A stretch of 64,000 bases of DNA from an uncultured delta proteobacterium (GCA_963699755.1 CAVOVB010000008.1:1-64000); one strand, 5' to 3'; counted from the first letter of the stretch, positions 38,914 to 49,733 are shown. Notes: generated by a model from the sequence alone, not told the origin. A program made the numbers and translations.

Positions 38914-39915
38914 TCAAGACGCGTCTGCGCAGAGCCCAAGCACGGCTTCTTGCAGGATCACGTCCGGCGGGCGCCTGCTGCTCTTGAGCGCGCGGTCGGT
39001 TTCCGCGAGGAGCGTGAAGGCTTTCCCGAGGCTCTCGGCGGTGAATCGCCGAGCGGACTCCGTCAGGTCGCCAGCTTTGAAGGGGGGGGCGCCGGCGCGC
39101 TTTGCTGCCTCTTGAGGACGTAGGCCCTCCGAAAGCGCTTCCCGCATCCGGGCGACGATTCGGAGCTGTCGAGCCACCATGGCGAGAAGCCGAAGAGGCG
39201 GCTCGCGGTTATCGAGCAGCGACTGCGCGGCGGCGATCCCTTTGCGGCGGTCCTTGAGCCCGATCGCATCGACCAGGCTCCAAATCGATTCCACCCGAAT
39301 GCGTGTGACACAGGTCATCACGGCATCGACATCGATGCGCTGGCCCGCACCGACGAAGAGCGAAAGCCTTTCCAACGCGTCGTCGATTGCAGCGAGGTCG
39401 TCGCCCACCGCATCGAGCACGGCTTCGATGGCTTGGGGCGCGATGCTGTGTTCGCGAGAGGTGGCCTCTGCCCGGACGAAGTCCCGAAGCACGGCCCCCC
39501 GTAGCGGCTTCACCTCGATGAGATAACCCTTCTTTTTTGCTGTCTTGGCGAACGGGGAGCGTCCATCGAGCTTGTCTGCTGTCAGGACGGCGCAGCAGGA
39601 GTCACTCGGGTCCTCCAGGTAGGGGACGAGATTCTTCAGCTCGCTTGGTGTCATCTCATCAGCGTGGCGCAGTAAGACGAGGCGCTTGTCCGCCATCATG
39701 GGAAGCGTTCGAGCGGCCGATATCACGCGCGCAGCATCGAGCCCCTTGCCGTCGAATAGCTCGATGTTGAAACCTGGTGCGCCCATTGAATCGACCGATT
39801 TGCGCACGGCATCGACCGCGCGCTCGATCAGCAAACGTTCGGTCCCGACCAGGACGTACACGAGGTCGAGCGAGCCTTTTTGGGCCCTCTTGATGACGTC
39901 TTTGAGGCTTGGCAC
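38914..39915 (-). CDS. holA: DNA polymerase III delta subunit
   Basis: VYVLVGTERLLI, TLPMMADKRLVL, LERLSLF, IWSLVDAI, LAETDRALKS; convergent with rpsT (common synteny). Confidence 0.93.
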   Translation of the reverse strand: MPSLKDVIKRAQKGSLDLVYVLVGTERLLIERAVDAVRKSVDSMGAPGFNIELFDGKGLDAARVISAARTLPMMADKRLVLLRHADEMTPSELKNLVPYLEDPSDSCCAVLTADKLDGRSPFAKTAKKKGYLIEVKPLRGAVLRDFVRAEATSREHSIAPQAIEAVLDAVGDDLAAIDDALERLSLFVGAGQRIDVDAVMTCVTRIRVESIWSLVDAIGLKDRRKGIAAAQSLLDNREPPLRLLAMVARQLRIVARMREALSEGLRPQEAAKRAGAPPFKAGDLTESARRFTAESLGKAFTLLAETDRALKSSRRPPDVILQEAVLGLCADAS

Positions 39916-39918
39916 TGT

Positions 39919-40455
39919 TCAGCGGGCTTCGTCATCCGAGAAGGTGACTTCGCCGCTGTGTTGTACCCTGTCCCCGAGAATTTGAAAGCGGTAACGGCCG
40001 ACCTCCTGTCGACGCACCGTCACCACCATCTCAAGCCTTCGGTTGGGCTCGAACTGCGGGCGCTTGAGCCTCAGCTTGTGCACGATCGTCCGCTGATTGC
40101 TGTCATTGACGAAGACCGTCATGGCGGGAGCGATGAACTTCCGCTCCGCCGTTTGGATATCGTAGAACAGCACTTCGAACTCCGAGTCCCCGAGGGGAGC
40201 GTTGAAGTTCGCAACCAGAGTGGCGTTCCACTGGCGTTCCTCGACCGGGACGTCGACATTTTCTCGTAGATGGGTCGCCTTGTTCGACTGAGCAAAGCGA
40301 ATGACGCCAGACTCTGAAAGGGTGCGAGGCACACCTTTTTGCGTGAGGAAAATCCTCGCGCGAAGGCCCTGTGCGGCGTCGGCTCCCTGCCACGGACTCA
40401 CCGAGGAAACGATGCCTGCCAATGCAGTGGTGACGAGTGCGAGGCGTGGATTCAC
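39919..40455 (-). CDS. Hypothetical exported protein
   Basis: GTG start with AGGAG SD, signal-peptide-like N-terminus, beta-rich body; 3 bp from the holA start. Confidence 0.7.
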   Translation of the reverse strand: MNPRLALVTTALAGIVSSVSPWQGADAAQGLRARIFLTQKGVPRTLSESGVIRFAQSNKATHLRENVDVPVEERQWNATLVANFNAPLGDSEFEVLFYDIQTAERKFIAPAMTVFVNDSNQRTIVHKLRLKRPQFEPNRRLEMVVTVRRQEVGRYRFQILGDRVQHSGEVTFSDDEAR

Positions 40456-40623
40456 AGCTTGCTCCTGGCTTGGGTCCTCGATCAGGCTAACAAGTGAAAC
40501 TTTACAGTGACAGGGTGATAGGGTGCTCAAATGTAGGTTTTAGGCATTCATCTTTGATACAGCCCGCCGAAAAGTTGTGCCCCAAGGCGGTGACGGCTAA
40601 CTCCGACCCAGGAACGGAGCTCG

Positions 40624-43065
40624 ATGACTACGGTCAGTGGGGGTGTGAAAGGACTGGTCGCGCGCGCGCAGCGCGAGGCGCAGAGGCGGGCGCAGAGCCC
40701 TTCGACGGCTTACCTCCTGCTGGTGATGCTGCAGACGGGGGGCCAGATGGGGAGGCTCCTATCCGGCCTCGGAGTGAAGGAGAGCGATCTGCTGAGCGCG
40801 ATCCGCGTCGTAGATTCGGAGCCGACGAGCGCGCTCGAGCGCGCGGTGGAGCGTGCCTACCGGCTCGCAAAGGCCAGCTCGGCGCCGCAGGTGCTGCCGG
40901 CTCATCTGCTCTTGGCGATCGCGCGGGACACGAGGAGCGCCGCCCACCGGAGCCTGGAAGTGATGGGCACCGGCTCCCGTCGCGTTCAGGAGGCGGTGCA
41001 CGAAGTGCTCGGCCCCGGAGATGCGCCTGCCGCGCCGAGTTCTTCGTGCATCAGACCCACCGTTTCATTCTCCTCGACCGGTCTTCCAGCCAAATCGTCG
41101 CGTCCCTCCGCGCGGAGGAGCGCCGAACAGGCGCCGTTGATAGAGCTACGGGTTGAGCAACTCGAGGAAGAGGAGATTCTAATCGAGGCCCCGATCGGCG
41201 CTCCGGTCGCCCAGCCAATCGCGGAGTCAGAAGACGAGATCATAGTTCCTTCGTCGTCGCCGTTCAGTCTCGACGCACGCAAATATCCGACCCTTGCCAA
41301 GCTCGGTCGGAACCTGACCGAGATGGCTTCCCTCGGGTGCATCGACGAAGTCATCGGTCGTGATGACGAGATCGAGCGGCTGCTCGACGTCCTGGCACGC
41401 AGGCGCTCCAACAATCCGATCCTGGTCGGTCCGCCAGGCGTCGGCAAGACCGCTATCGTCGAAGGTCTCGCGCGTAGACTCGCAGGGGGGGGAGAAGGCG
41501 TGCACGGTCTCGAAGGTACGATCCTGGTCGAGCTTTCTGCCGGCGGCTTGGTCTCAGGCACCGGGGTTCGCGGCGCGCTTTCCGAGCGAATGCGCCGTCT
41601 GCAGTTTGAGGTCAAGCGAGCGAAAGGAAAGATCGTTCTGTTCATCGACGAGGTCCACACGCTCTTCATCGGAGGTGAGTCGCCCGACGATTTGGCGCAC
41701 GAGCTCAAGGCGTCCCTTGCCCGGGGCGAGCTTCCTTGTATCGGCGCCACGACCGACGTTGAGTATCGCAAGTACGTCGAACGTGATGCCGCCCTGGCCC
41801 GCCGCTTCTCTCCAATCCACGTGGCCGAGCCGAGCGCTGAGGATGCAATCGAAATCCTCATGGGGATCGCGCCCCGCTACGAGGTGCATCACGGCATTGC
41901 GTACGAGCCCACAGCCGTCGAATCCGCGGTCGAGCTGTCGGTGCGCTACATGTCCGAGCAGACCCTGCCCGACAAGGCGATAGGGCTTCTCGATTTGGCC
42001 GGAGCGCGCACGCGTCGCAGGGGCGGGGCCATCGTCGATCGCGAGGCCGTTGCGCTAGTCGTAGCGGAGAAAGTGCAGGTTCCCGTCGAGCGCCTTTTGG
42101 TGACCGATTCGCAAAAGCTTCTCGACCTCGAGCGGCACCTCGCAGAGCATGTCGTCGGCCACACCGAGGTGATGCGCCGAATCTCCGATGCCCTTCGCAA
42201 AGGGGCCGCCGGCTTTCACGGACAGCGTCCGCTCGCGACCTTCCTGTTCTTGGGGCCGACCGGCGTTGGAAAGACCGAGACGGCTCGCGCGCTGAACGAG
42301 CTTTTCTTCATGGGCTGCCCGATGACTCGCATCGACATGAGCGAGCTGAGCGAATCGCATGCGGTGGCGAAGTTGGTTGGCGCCCCTCCTGGCTACATCG
42401 GTCACGACACCGGTGGTCAGCTCACCGAAGCGATTCGCCACCGGCCCTACCAACTGGTCTTGCTCGACGAGATCGAAAAGGCCCACATGGACGTGCTCCA
42501 GTCGCTCCTGCCGCTTCTCGAAGACGGACGGCTCACCGATGGCAAGGGCAGAACCGTCGACTGCACGCACACGATCGTCGTCATGACGTCGAATCTCGGG
42601 GGCCAGCACTCGAACCGCAGCCAGAGCTCGATAGGGTTCAAGGATGCATCGGCCGGCGATGGAGACGGCTTCGATGCAGCCCTGACCGCGGCGCGACGAG
42701 CGCTGCCGCCCGAGCTTTGGAACCGCATCGATGAACCGCTGTTCTTCGGTCCGCTCAGCCGCGACGAGGTTGGCGAAATCGCACGACGCATGATGGCGGG
42801 CGTCATCGAGCAGCTTGGCGATCGGCAGGGGGTCCATCTCTCGGTAGAGTCAAGTGCGATCGACTCACTGGTTGCACTCGGCGGATATGACGTCGAGCTG
42901 GGCGCGCGACCGATGCGTCGTGCGATTGGGCGGATGGTCGAGGCACCCTTGGCAGCCGCCATCCTCGGAGGAGAGTTCCGGCGAGGGGACCGCGTTCTCG
43001 TGCTCGGCGAGACGCAGGGGATCCGCTTCGAGCGTACCGCAGGCTCCGTCGAAGCCGCGGAATGA
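40624..43065 (+). CDS. ClpA/ClpC-family AAA+ ATPase
   Basis: Clp_N repeats, GPPGVGKT and FIDEVH, GPTGVGKT and LLDEIEKAH, GAPPGYIG, GARPMRR; no long ClpB middle domain. Confidence 0.93.
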   Translation: MTTVSGGVKGLVARAQREAQRRAQSPSTAYLLLVMLQTGGQMGRLLSGLGVKESDLLSAIRVVDSEPTSALERAVERAYRLAKASSAPQVLPAHLLLAIARDTRSAAHRSLEVMGTGSRRVQEAVHEVLGPGDAPAAPSSSCIRPTVSFSSTGLPAKSSRPSARRSAEQAPLIELRVEQLEEEEILIEAPIGAPVAQPIAESEDEIIVPSSSPFSLDARKYPTLAKLGRNLTEMASLGCIDEVIGRDDEIERLLDVLARRRSNNPILVGPPGVGKTAIVEGLARRLAGGGEGVHGLEGTILVELSAGGLVSGTGVRGALSERMRRLQFEVKRAKGKIVLFIDEVHTLFIGGESPDDLAHELKASLARGELPCIGATTDVEYRKYVERDAALARRFSPIHVAEPSAEDAIEILMGIAPRYEVHHGIAYEPTAVESAVELSVRYMSEQTLPDKAIGLLDLAGARTRRRGGAIVDREAVALVVAEKVQVPVERLLVTDSQKLLDLERHLAEHVVGHTEVMRRISDALRKGAAGFHGQRPLATFLFLGPTGVGKTETARALNELFFMGCPMTRIDMSELSESHAVAKLVGAPPGYIGHDTGGQLTEAIRHRPYQLVLLDEIEKAHMDVLQSLLPLLEDGRLTDGKGRTVDCTHTIVVMTSNLGGQHSNRSQSSIGFKDASAGDGDGFDAALTAARRALPPELWNRIDEPLFFGPLSRDEVGEIARRMMAGVIEQLGDRQGVHLSVESSAIDSLVALGGYDVELGARPMRRAIGRMVEAPLAAAILGGEFRRGDRVLVLGETQGIRFERTAGSVEAAE

Positions 43066-43074
43066 TCTCTGCGC

Positions 43075-43872
43075 TCAGCGTTTCGTCGTGCGAAGGATCT
43101 TCGAGGCCTGAGTTTGGCCGAGGCCCGCGGCTCGCGCGCAGCGTACGATGACCGGTACGAGCGCGTCGTAGGCGGAGAGAGCCTCGCGATTCAGACGGCG
43201 AAGCGCGCTTCGGTGTTTCGCGATTGCCTCAGCCTCGCCTCGGGCGATCGGGCCGGTGAGCGCGGCGGGAACTCCAAGGCTTTGCACGTTCTCGCCCACG
43301 CTTTGGAGCAAGCCCCCGATCGCGCGTTCGGCGGCACGTTTGTCGAAACCCAGCCGCTTTAGGACGCCAACCGAGACGAAAGCCAAAGCCACCGCGCCGT
43401 TGGCGGTCAAGGCGGCGGCCGCGTGGTACCCGGCGTCGCCGGTCTGGGCCACGACGACACGCGCGCCGCAAGCTCCCCCGATCCGTCGGCTCACACCAAT
43501 GGCACGAGGCGAGCCGTGCACCGTGAACGTCGTTCCACGAAGGCTCGGATTGCTCCGCTTGCCCGGGAACGAGACGAGCGGGTGCATGACGCCAACCGCG
43601 GCACCAGTTTCTTCGCAAGCGATCAGCTCGTCGGTGCCGCGAGCGCCTGCGCAATGGAGCACCGTCGCGCCGCGTTGCAGGTGCGGGGCGATGGCCCGCG
43701 CGACGCTTGCGATCGAGTCGTCCGAGACCGCGAGGAGGATTGCATCGGCGGCCGTCACGCTCGAGGCCTTGTAGCGTCGACCTTCCGCTCTGACCTCGAG
43801 GAGACCGCTCGCCTCGATCGACCGCATCAAAGCATTCCCGACTCGGCCGCGGCCGATGATCAGGAGCTTCAT
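43075..43872 (-). CDS. Rossmann-like/DUF2520 oxidoreductase (PanG-like)
   Basis: IIGRGRVG, LAVSDD, HCAGA, MHPLVSF, YHAAA, ALTGPIARG. Confidence 0.88.
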   Translation of the reverse strand: MKLLIIGRGRVGNALMRSIEASGLLEVRAEGRRYKASSVTAADAILLAVSDDSIASVARAIAPHLQRGATVLHCAGARGTDELIACEETGAAVGVMHPLVSFPGKRSNPSLRGTTFTVHGSPRAIGVSRRIGGACGARVVVAQTGDAGYHAAAALTANGAVALAFVSVGVLKRLGFDKRAAERAIGGLLQSVGENVQSLGVPAALTGPIARGEAEAIAKHRSALRRLNREALSAYDALVPVIVRCARAAGLGQTQASKILRTTKR

Positions 43873-44432
43873 CCTTCACCTTGGTAGAGGCCGCGTGCTC
43901 GAATGTGCGCGATGACTGCGCTGGGCACGATGCCGGAAACGTCCGCCGCGTTCGACAGGCCGGCTCGGATGTCGGTAGAGCTGATGTTGGGTATCGAGAT
44001 CGGACAGCCCTCGGGAACGGGATAGCCCTGACGACCGATCACGAGCGGCGGGGCGATCCTGACGACCTCCTCCCAGCGGTACCAACGATCGGTGGTCGGA
44101 AGAACATCGGCACCAATCAGCAGCCGGAAGACGGCGTTTGGATTCTCCTCTTCCAGCGCTTCGAGGGTCTCGAACGTTCGGCTGACGCCGCCGAGACGAC
44201 GCTCGATGTCGCAGACTTCCACGCTCCGAAACGGAGAGAAGGCCAGCACGCACATCGATTGGCGTTCCTCGAACGAGGCGCCGTGCTGCTTGTCGAACAC
44301 GTGCTTCCAGGTCGGGACGATCCAAAGCGCGTCGATGTCGGCTGCCGAGATGGCCCAGGCCACAGAAAGCACGTGCCCAAGGTGAGGTGGATCAAAGCTG
44401 CCCCCGTAGATCGCAATCCGCCTCGTCGTCAT
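43869..44432 (-). CDS. nadD: Nicotinate-nucleotide adenylyltransferase
   Basis: GGSFDPPHLGH, LIGAD, ISSTDIR. Confidence 0.95.
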   Translation of the reverse strand: MTTRRIAIYGGSFDPPHLGHVLSVAWAISAADIDALWIVPTWKHVFDKQHGASFEERQSMCVLAFSPFRSVEVCDIERRLGGVSRTFETLEALEEENPNAVFRLLIGADVLPTTDRWYRWEEVVRIAPPLVIGRQGYPVPEGCPISIPNISSTDIRAGLSNAADVSGIVPSAVIAHIRARGLYQGEG

Positions 44433-45022
44433 GGCGCTACCATGACCTTCGCACCGCGACCTTGAATTGGCTCGTTCCAGCAAAGCTCGCCGCCAGCCTT
44501 GATCGCGGTCAGGACGACTCCTCCGGTTTCGGATTGGTCATCGAGCAGGCCGAGGTGCCCTGCCTCGAGAGGCCCCGGGCTGAAGAAGCAACGTGGTCCG
44601 AATCTCTTGAACATCAGTTCCTTCGCGTCACCATACACGACGATATTGGAGTTGATGACGTCTTCTTCTCCAATAGTCGATTTGTTTCGGACGATCAGGG
44701 CGATGCGATCGTCGAGCATCTCCACGGCGCGCTTCGGGGGCGGAGGTGCAACGCGGAGCTTACGAAGGTAACGCGCGCCGCGAAGCTTGCGCAGCACCTC
44801 TTCGACCTGCTCCATGCTGCCATGTGTTGCGACTTCTGCGACCTGCTGATCGAGCGTGAAATCATTGGGATCCGACTCGTGCTTTGCCACGAACTCTCGC
44901 AGGGCGGCGTCTTCGGCGAGGTAGACGGCCGCGTCGACCTCGAGCTCACAGATCAGGAGCTGGGCCGCCTGCTCGAGGGCGGCCGCGTCGCTTTTCGCCG
45001 GACCGATGAAACCTAATCGCAT
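44429..45022 (-). CDS. Hypothetical protein, degenerate metallophosphoesterase-like fold
   Basis: Translationally coupled to nadD; pattern MRLGFIG..ALE..VD..VYL.ED and FFSPG. Confidence 0.7.
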   Translation of the reverse strand: MRLGFIGPAKSDAAALEQAAQLLICELEVDAAVYLAEDAALREFVAKHESDPNDFTLDQQVAEVATHGSMEQVEEVLRKLRGARYLRKLRVAPPPPKRAVEMLDDRIALIVRNKSTIGEEDVINSNIVVYGDAKELMFKRFGPRCFFSPGPLEAGHLGLLDDQSETGGVVLTAIKAGGELCWNEPIQGRGAKVMVAP

Positions 45023-45026
45023 CGTC

Positions 45027-48000
45027 TTAACGGTCTACACCAGCTTGGGCCCGAGCTTCAAAATGTGCGTCGCTAATCGCGAATCGAACAAGGCCCCAGG
45101 CCTCGGGGGTCTCACGAATCGCGCTGAGGCGACCGTCTACGCTGGCTGGTACCTCGTGCCCGGCCATCTTGAGCAGGGCGTCTACCGCCGCGGGGACGTC
45201 TCCCGTAAGGGTCAGGGCCGCCCGGTTGCCGAGCTCGGCGATCGCGAACGAAGCGGTTCGTGTAGCGAAGTCGGCGTTGCCTTTGAGCTCCAGCACCAGG
45301 CTATCGACCTCGTCGCGCGAGCGGCGTGGCACGACCTTGAGCAACCTCTTGCGGAGGTCTACCATTGCGACTGTCGCCGTGTCCGCGGCTCGACCTCCCG
45401 CGTGACCTTGGAGCAGCGCAAGCAAGGCGAGGTCCAGGTCATGAGGACTGGCCCGAAGCGCCGGCGCCAAATGGTTCGCTGCGACCTTTAGGGCCCGTGC
45501 AAAGAGGAACACACGCTCCCGGGGGCTCGTGAGCTGATGAAGGTTGCCGCCGACGACGATGGTTGGGGGGTCTCCGGAGACTGGCATGCACGCCCCAGGC
45601 GCAACATATGTGATCTTCAAGCGAGGTTCACTGATTCCGAGCACTTCGGCGACTGCGCCCAGCTCTTCGACGAGGCTTCGGTGCTCGCTGGATGCGCGGC
45701 GCAGGCGCCAGCCGCCGGGATCGAACGGCAACACCTTGTCGAAGGCGTGCTCACACAAAGCGAAGAGCCTACGAGCGGTTTCTGGCAAACCTTCCGGAGC
45801 CACGACGACATCGACGAGGCTCCGGAAGGGAACCTCGGGCTCGCCGAGGGCTTCACCGCCGCGGCTCACGTCTCCCTCGAACAGTGATGCAGGATGGCCG
45901 ACCGCAATGGCCGCGCTCGCTGCACAGGAGGCCGGGCCGGGACCATGGCGCCGCTGGAGCACGCGCACCAGGGTCGTCCACAAGGCTTCACTGCCCGGGT
46001 CGGCATCGATGGCGGTCCTCAGGTCGCGGAGAGCTCGGTTGAGGTGCATCGCCTCGGCGGGTCCGGCGCCCTGCCGACGGTAGTAGTCGGCCAAGGCGAG
46101 GATGACGTCGGGCTCGGTCGTCTGTTCGGAGCGAAGATTCTCCAAAATTTGCTCGGCCTCTCGTTGCCTGCCCACTGACTCGGCTGCGCCGGCCAGGCGA
46201 ATTCGGTAGTCGCGGTTCTCGGACTCGCTGCCTGCTCGTCGGACGAGCTCTTCGAGCAGTTTTCCAGCTTCATGGTCCTTCCCTTGCCGGCTCATCACCG
46301 ATGCTAGGCGATCGAGGGTTTCGAGGTGAGTGGGAGCGAGTTGGATCACGCGCCGGAGCGATGCTTCGGCACGCGGGAGGTCTTGGAGGTGCACGTCGTA
46401 GAGCGATGCGAGTTCGGAAAACGCCCAGATCTGCTCTTCGGTGCTTCGCTTCAAGCGCGCGATTCGAATCAAGGACTCGGCGGCACCCTTCCAATCGTCC
46501 AAAGCGCGTTGTGTGTCGACCAGCTCTCGGAGCGCAGCGAAGTGAAGAGGGTCGAGCTCCAAGCACTCGTGCAATGTGTCGATGACGCCTTTGAGGTCGC
46601 CGCGCTCACGACGCTCGCGCGCCTTCTGAACCAGCAGGCCAACCAGGGTCGGCGTATCGGCGCCAGCATCGATGCGTGCGTCAGTCAGCGCTGCGAGCTC
46701 ATCGAGTTGGCCGCGGCTTTGGTAGAGCGCGGCAAGTCTCCGATACACGTCGAGGTACCGGATGTCGCATTTGGAAGCGGCTACCCAGGCATCGATGGCG
46801 CGTTTCTGGTCTCCAAGCTCCCGTTCGAAGATACACGCGGCCTCACGCCACAAGGACGCCGCGCGGTGGCTGTCTTTGGCCAGGCTCGCTGCGTCTTGAT
46901 ACACGATGGCTGCGCCTTCCCACTGCTTGGCTGCACGCAGGAGCCCCGCTTCGGCTTCGCGGGCCAGCGGATGGCCTCGGGCCGCGTCCAAGAGCTCGAG
47001 TGCGTTTTCCGGTGCCCCCATCCTCTGGAGCACCCGAGCGGCGTCCAGGGCGATGGCGCCGCGTTCGAGCTCGTCATCGAGCGCGGCTTGCAGTGCGAGG
47101 AGCGCCTGGAGGCTGATCATCGGATCGCCCTTCGAGTACGCCGCACCCAGGACCTGCCTAGCCAAGCCTGGGTCCGCTGCAAGCGCGTCGTCGATCCCGC
47201 GGAGCGATCGATCGAGGTCGGATTGCAGGATCTCAGGGTCGGCCCTGAGGACCTCGAGCCCGAGGCGCTGCCTCGCCAATCGGTCGACCGAGTCCTCTGG
47301 CAGGGCCTGCAAGAGACGTCGAGCGCTAGAACGGATGCGCTCGGTGTCGTTCTCCCGAAGCGCATCCCACTCGAGGGCTCGTGCGGTCGGGATGTGGTCG
47401 GGACGAAGCTCCGCGATCGATTGAAGCGACAAGCGCGCACTCTGCATGTCGTGACGCGCGAGCCGATCGACTTCTGCCATGGCCGAAAACGCACAGAGGC
47501 GTTCTGCCTCGTCGCTGGCTTTGCGCGCTCGGTTCATCAACCCATCGGCGAGCCGCGCGAATTCCGATGCTTGAAGCTCGGCCTCCTTTTGCTGAACGCG
47601 AATCATCTCGTCGTCTGGATTTTGGGACGAAGCTTCCCGGAGCAGCTTTGCGGCCCGCGCGGGAAGTCCCGCGGCCCGATACGACGCGGCGGCGCGCTCC
47701 AAGTAGGACGATGAGCCGAGGCGTCGTCCAGCGAGCTCCATGAGCTCACCGGCGGCCTCGCTTGTGCTACCGGCCAAGTCCACAAGATGCTCGACCAGCA
47801 GAGGATCGGGAGCGTGCCGGTTCAAGGCCGCTTCCGCATACGCCAAACGGTCGCCTCGGGAGGGCGCCCAGATCGATGCGCGGAGCAGGCTCGGGACTTC
47901 GTCCGCCCGAGAGAGCTCTGCCTGCCGCGACGCGCTGCTCGCCCGTTCTCCGTCCGAGCCGAGCCTATCCTCAAGCTCCCAGAGGGCGGGCAGATAGTCG

Positions 48001-49733
48001 GCTTCCCGCGCGATCGCCGCTTCGCACGCCCCGACCGCTTCGCGGGACCCTGGCTCGGCGAGCCGAGCGGCCATCGTGAAGGCGAAGGCGCTCCGCGTGC
48101 CACGCGTCGCATGTCCCTCAGTGGTCCACCGTCGTGCGTTCCGCAGCGGATCGTCGTCAGCGAGCAGAAGCGCTCGGCCGATGATCGGGTCGCCCTGGAT
48201 CCGTTCCTCGGCGACGAGCAAGGCCGGTAGCCGCTCTCGATCTCCGCATGCCTCCGCCAGCTCAGCGACGGCCAAGCTGGCGCCCGCGGCGAGCCGATCC
48301 GGCGCCTCTTCGATCTCCGCCTCGAGAGCGGCGAGGAACCGTGGCCCGTCTCCTCTGTGCGCGGCGTCGTCTGCAGACAGTATCCTCGATGCAGCGCTCG
48401 TCTGTTTCCCAGGCATCGTTTCGAGCAGATGCGGCAGCTCGTCTTCACATTCGGCGTTCGTCTCCATCAGCTGTTTCGAGGCCTCGAGGTATGGCTGCAA
48501 GCGCGGTTCTCGTTGTGCGTCCAGCGAGGCTCTATCGAAACCTGCTCGCTCGCCCCGTTCGGCGTGAAGACGTGCGCGACGTCCGGCGGCCAGCGCCTGA
48601 ATCTCAGGCGTTTGATCGACTGCGCTCGTGGCGAGCGCTTCGATCGTTCTTTGCGTGTCCCCAAGAAGCGCTTCGGCTTCAGCAAGTGTCCACAGAGACG
48701 CCGTATCCTCCGCGTTGTCGAGCACCGCGACGGCCGCCTCCGGCGAATCTGCTCGCTGGTTGATGATCGCTGCGATTCGGCGAAGCGCGGCCGCGAACGG
48801 ACCTGGGGCATGTTCCGCAGCGGCAAGCAGTGCTGCGCTTGCCACGTCGTCTTCCCCCAGCTCGCGGCTCGTGCGAATCGCTCCGAGATGCGCTGCGAGT
48901 TGTGTGGGTTGAAGCTCGAGCGCGCGTTGGTACCTGCTTCTGGCCGGCTCGAGTGCGCCGGCGCCTTCCATGAGCTCCGCTGCGTGCAAGAGCAACACTG
49001 CTTTGGCTTCGGATTGCGGCCAGCACTCGGCAGCCGCCGTGAGCGCCTCGGCAGCTCGCTCCGAATCGCCGCGCGCGAGCCGCGCCGAGGCCAAGAGGAC
49101 GCGCGCAACGAAGTCGTCCGCTCGCAGCTCGGCTGCGTGCGCGGCCGCCTGCTCGGCAGCGGCCGGGTCGTGGAGCTTCGAAAGCTGAATGCGCGCGAGC
49201 AGATTGAGCGCTGATGCTCGCTCGGCTGGGCTGAGCCCGAGCGCCGCTTCTCTCTCCAGGACGTCTGCCACCGCGCTCCAGTCACCGTGTCGCATCGCGA
49301 GCCGTCGGAGCGAACGCAGAACGACGACGTCGCGCGCGTCCGCGGAGAGCGCTCGCGCGTAGTTGCGCCCAGCGGCCTCGTCGTCTCCGACTTGCTCGCA
49401 GAGCTCGGCGGCCGAGGTGAGCAGTCGCGCGCGTGCCGAGCCGACCGCGCGTTCTCCCAGCGCCTCGAGAAGCGTGATGCGTCGCTTCTTCCTCTCTGGC
49501 GTTTCACCGACCAGGGGTAGAGACTCCTGTCGGGTGCTCTGCTCGAAGACGGTGCGTTGTGCCGTGAGCGCTCCCGCGTCCGATGGGTTGCAAGGACGAC
49601 TGCTGCGCTTCGTTGTCGCGCCGGTTTGCATCTCGACGAAGGAGTCGAGCAGCGTGCTGATCGCGTCATCGTCGATGTCAAACGACGGCGGGTTCGACGT
49701 GCCGCTTGCGGGAGAGATGTCGTCCTCAGCCAT
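45027..49733 (-). CDS. Giant TPR-repeat protein (1568 aa)
   Basis: Uninterrupted Ala/Leu/Glu/Arg-rich helical ORF with TPR-like turns (ELQP, ELDP, QLAP); operonic spacing. Confidence 0.85.
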   Translation of the reverse strand: MAEDDISPASGTSNPPSFDIDDDAISTLLDSFVEMQTGATTKRSSRPCNPSDAGALTAQRTVFEQSTRQESLPLVGETPERKKRRITLLEALGERAVGSARARLLTSAAELCEQVGDDEAAGRNYARALSADARDVVVLRSLRRLAMRHGDWSAVADVLEREAALGLSPAERASALNLLARIQLSKLHDPAAAEQAAAHAAELRADDFVARVLLASARLARGDSERAAEALTAAAECWPQSEAKAVLLLHAAELMEGAGALEPARSRYQRALELQPTQLAAHLGAIRTSRELGEDDVASAALLAAAEHAPGPFAAALRRIAAIINQRADSPEAAVAVLDNAEDTASLWTLAEAEALLGDTQRTIEALATSAVDQTPEIQALAAGRRARLHAERGERAGFDRASLDAQREPRLQPYLEASKQLMETNAECEDELPHLLETMPGKQTSAASRILSADDAAHRGDGPRFLAALEAEIEEAPDRLAAGASLAVAELAEACGDRERLPALLVAEERIQGDPIIGRALLLADDDPLRNARRWTTEGHATRGTRSAFAFTMAARLAEPGSREAVGACEAAIAREADYLPALWELEDRLGSDGERASSASRQAELSRADEVPSLLRASIWAPSRGDRLAYAEAALNRHAPDPLLVEHLVDLAGSTSEAAGELMELAGRRLGSSSYLERAAASYRAAGLPARAAKLLREASSQNPDDEMIRVQQKEAELQASEFARLADGLMNRARKASDEAERLCAFSAMAEVDRLARHDMQSARLSLQSIAELRPDHIPTARALEWDALRENDTERIRSSARRLLQALPEDSVDRLARQRLGLEVLRADPEILQSDLDRSLRGIDDALAADPGLARQVLGAAYSKGDPMISLQALLALQAALDDELERGAIALDAARVLQRMGAPENALELLDAARGHPLAREAEAGLLRAAKQWEGAAIVYQDAASLAKDSHRAASLWREAACIFERELGDQKRAIDAWVAASKCDIRYLDVYRRLAALYQSRGQLDELAALTDARIDAGADTPTLVGLLVQKARERRERGDLKGVIDTLHECLELDPLHFAALRELVDTQRALDDWKGAAESLIRIARLKRSTEEQIWAFSELASLYDVHLQDLPRAEASLRRVIQLAPTHLETLDRLASVMSRQGKDHEAGKLLEELVRRAGSESENRDYRIRLAGAAESVGRQREAEQILENLRSEQTTEPDVILALADYYRRQGAGPAEAMHLNRALRDLRTAIDADPGSEALWTTLVRVLQRRHGPGPASCAASAAIAVGHPASLFEGDVSRGGEALGEPEVPFRSLVDVVVAPEGLPETARRLFALCEHAFDKVLPFDPGGWRLRRASSEHRSLVEELGAVAEVLGISEPRLKITYVAPGACMPVSGDPPTIVVGGNLHQLTSPRERVFLFARALKVAANHLAPALRASPHDLDLALLALLQGHAGGRAADTATVAMVDLRKRLLKVVPRRSRDEVDSLVLELKGNADFATRTASFAIAELGNRAALTLTGDVPAAVDALLKMAGHEVPASVDGRLSAIRETPEAWGLVRFAISDAHFEARAQAGVDR

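Noticed and set aside
39082..41492. G8 homopolymers in holA (~39082) and the Clp ATPase (~41485) as phase-variation switches
   Set aside because: Both are in frame in housekeeping genes, encode Pro or Gly runs, and are expected at this GC content.
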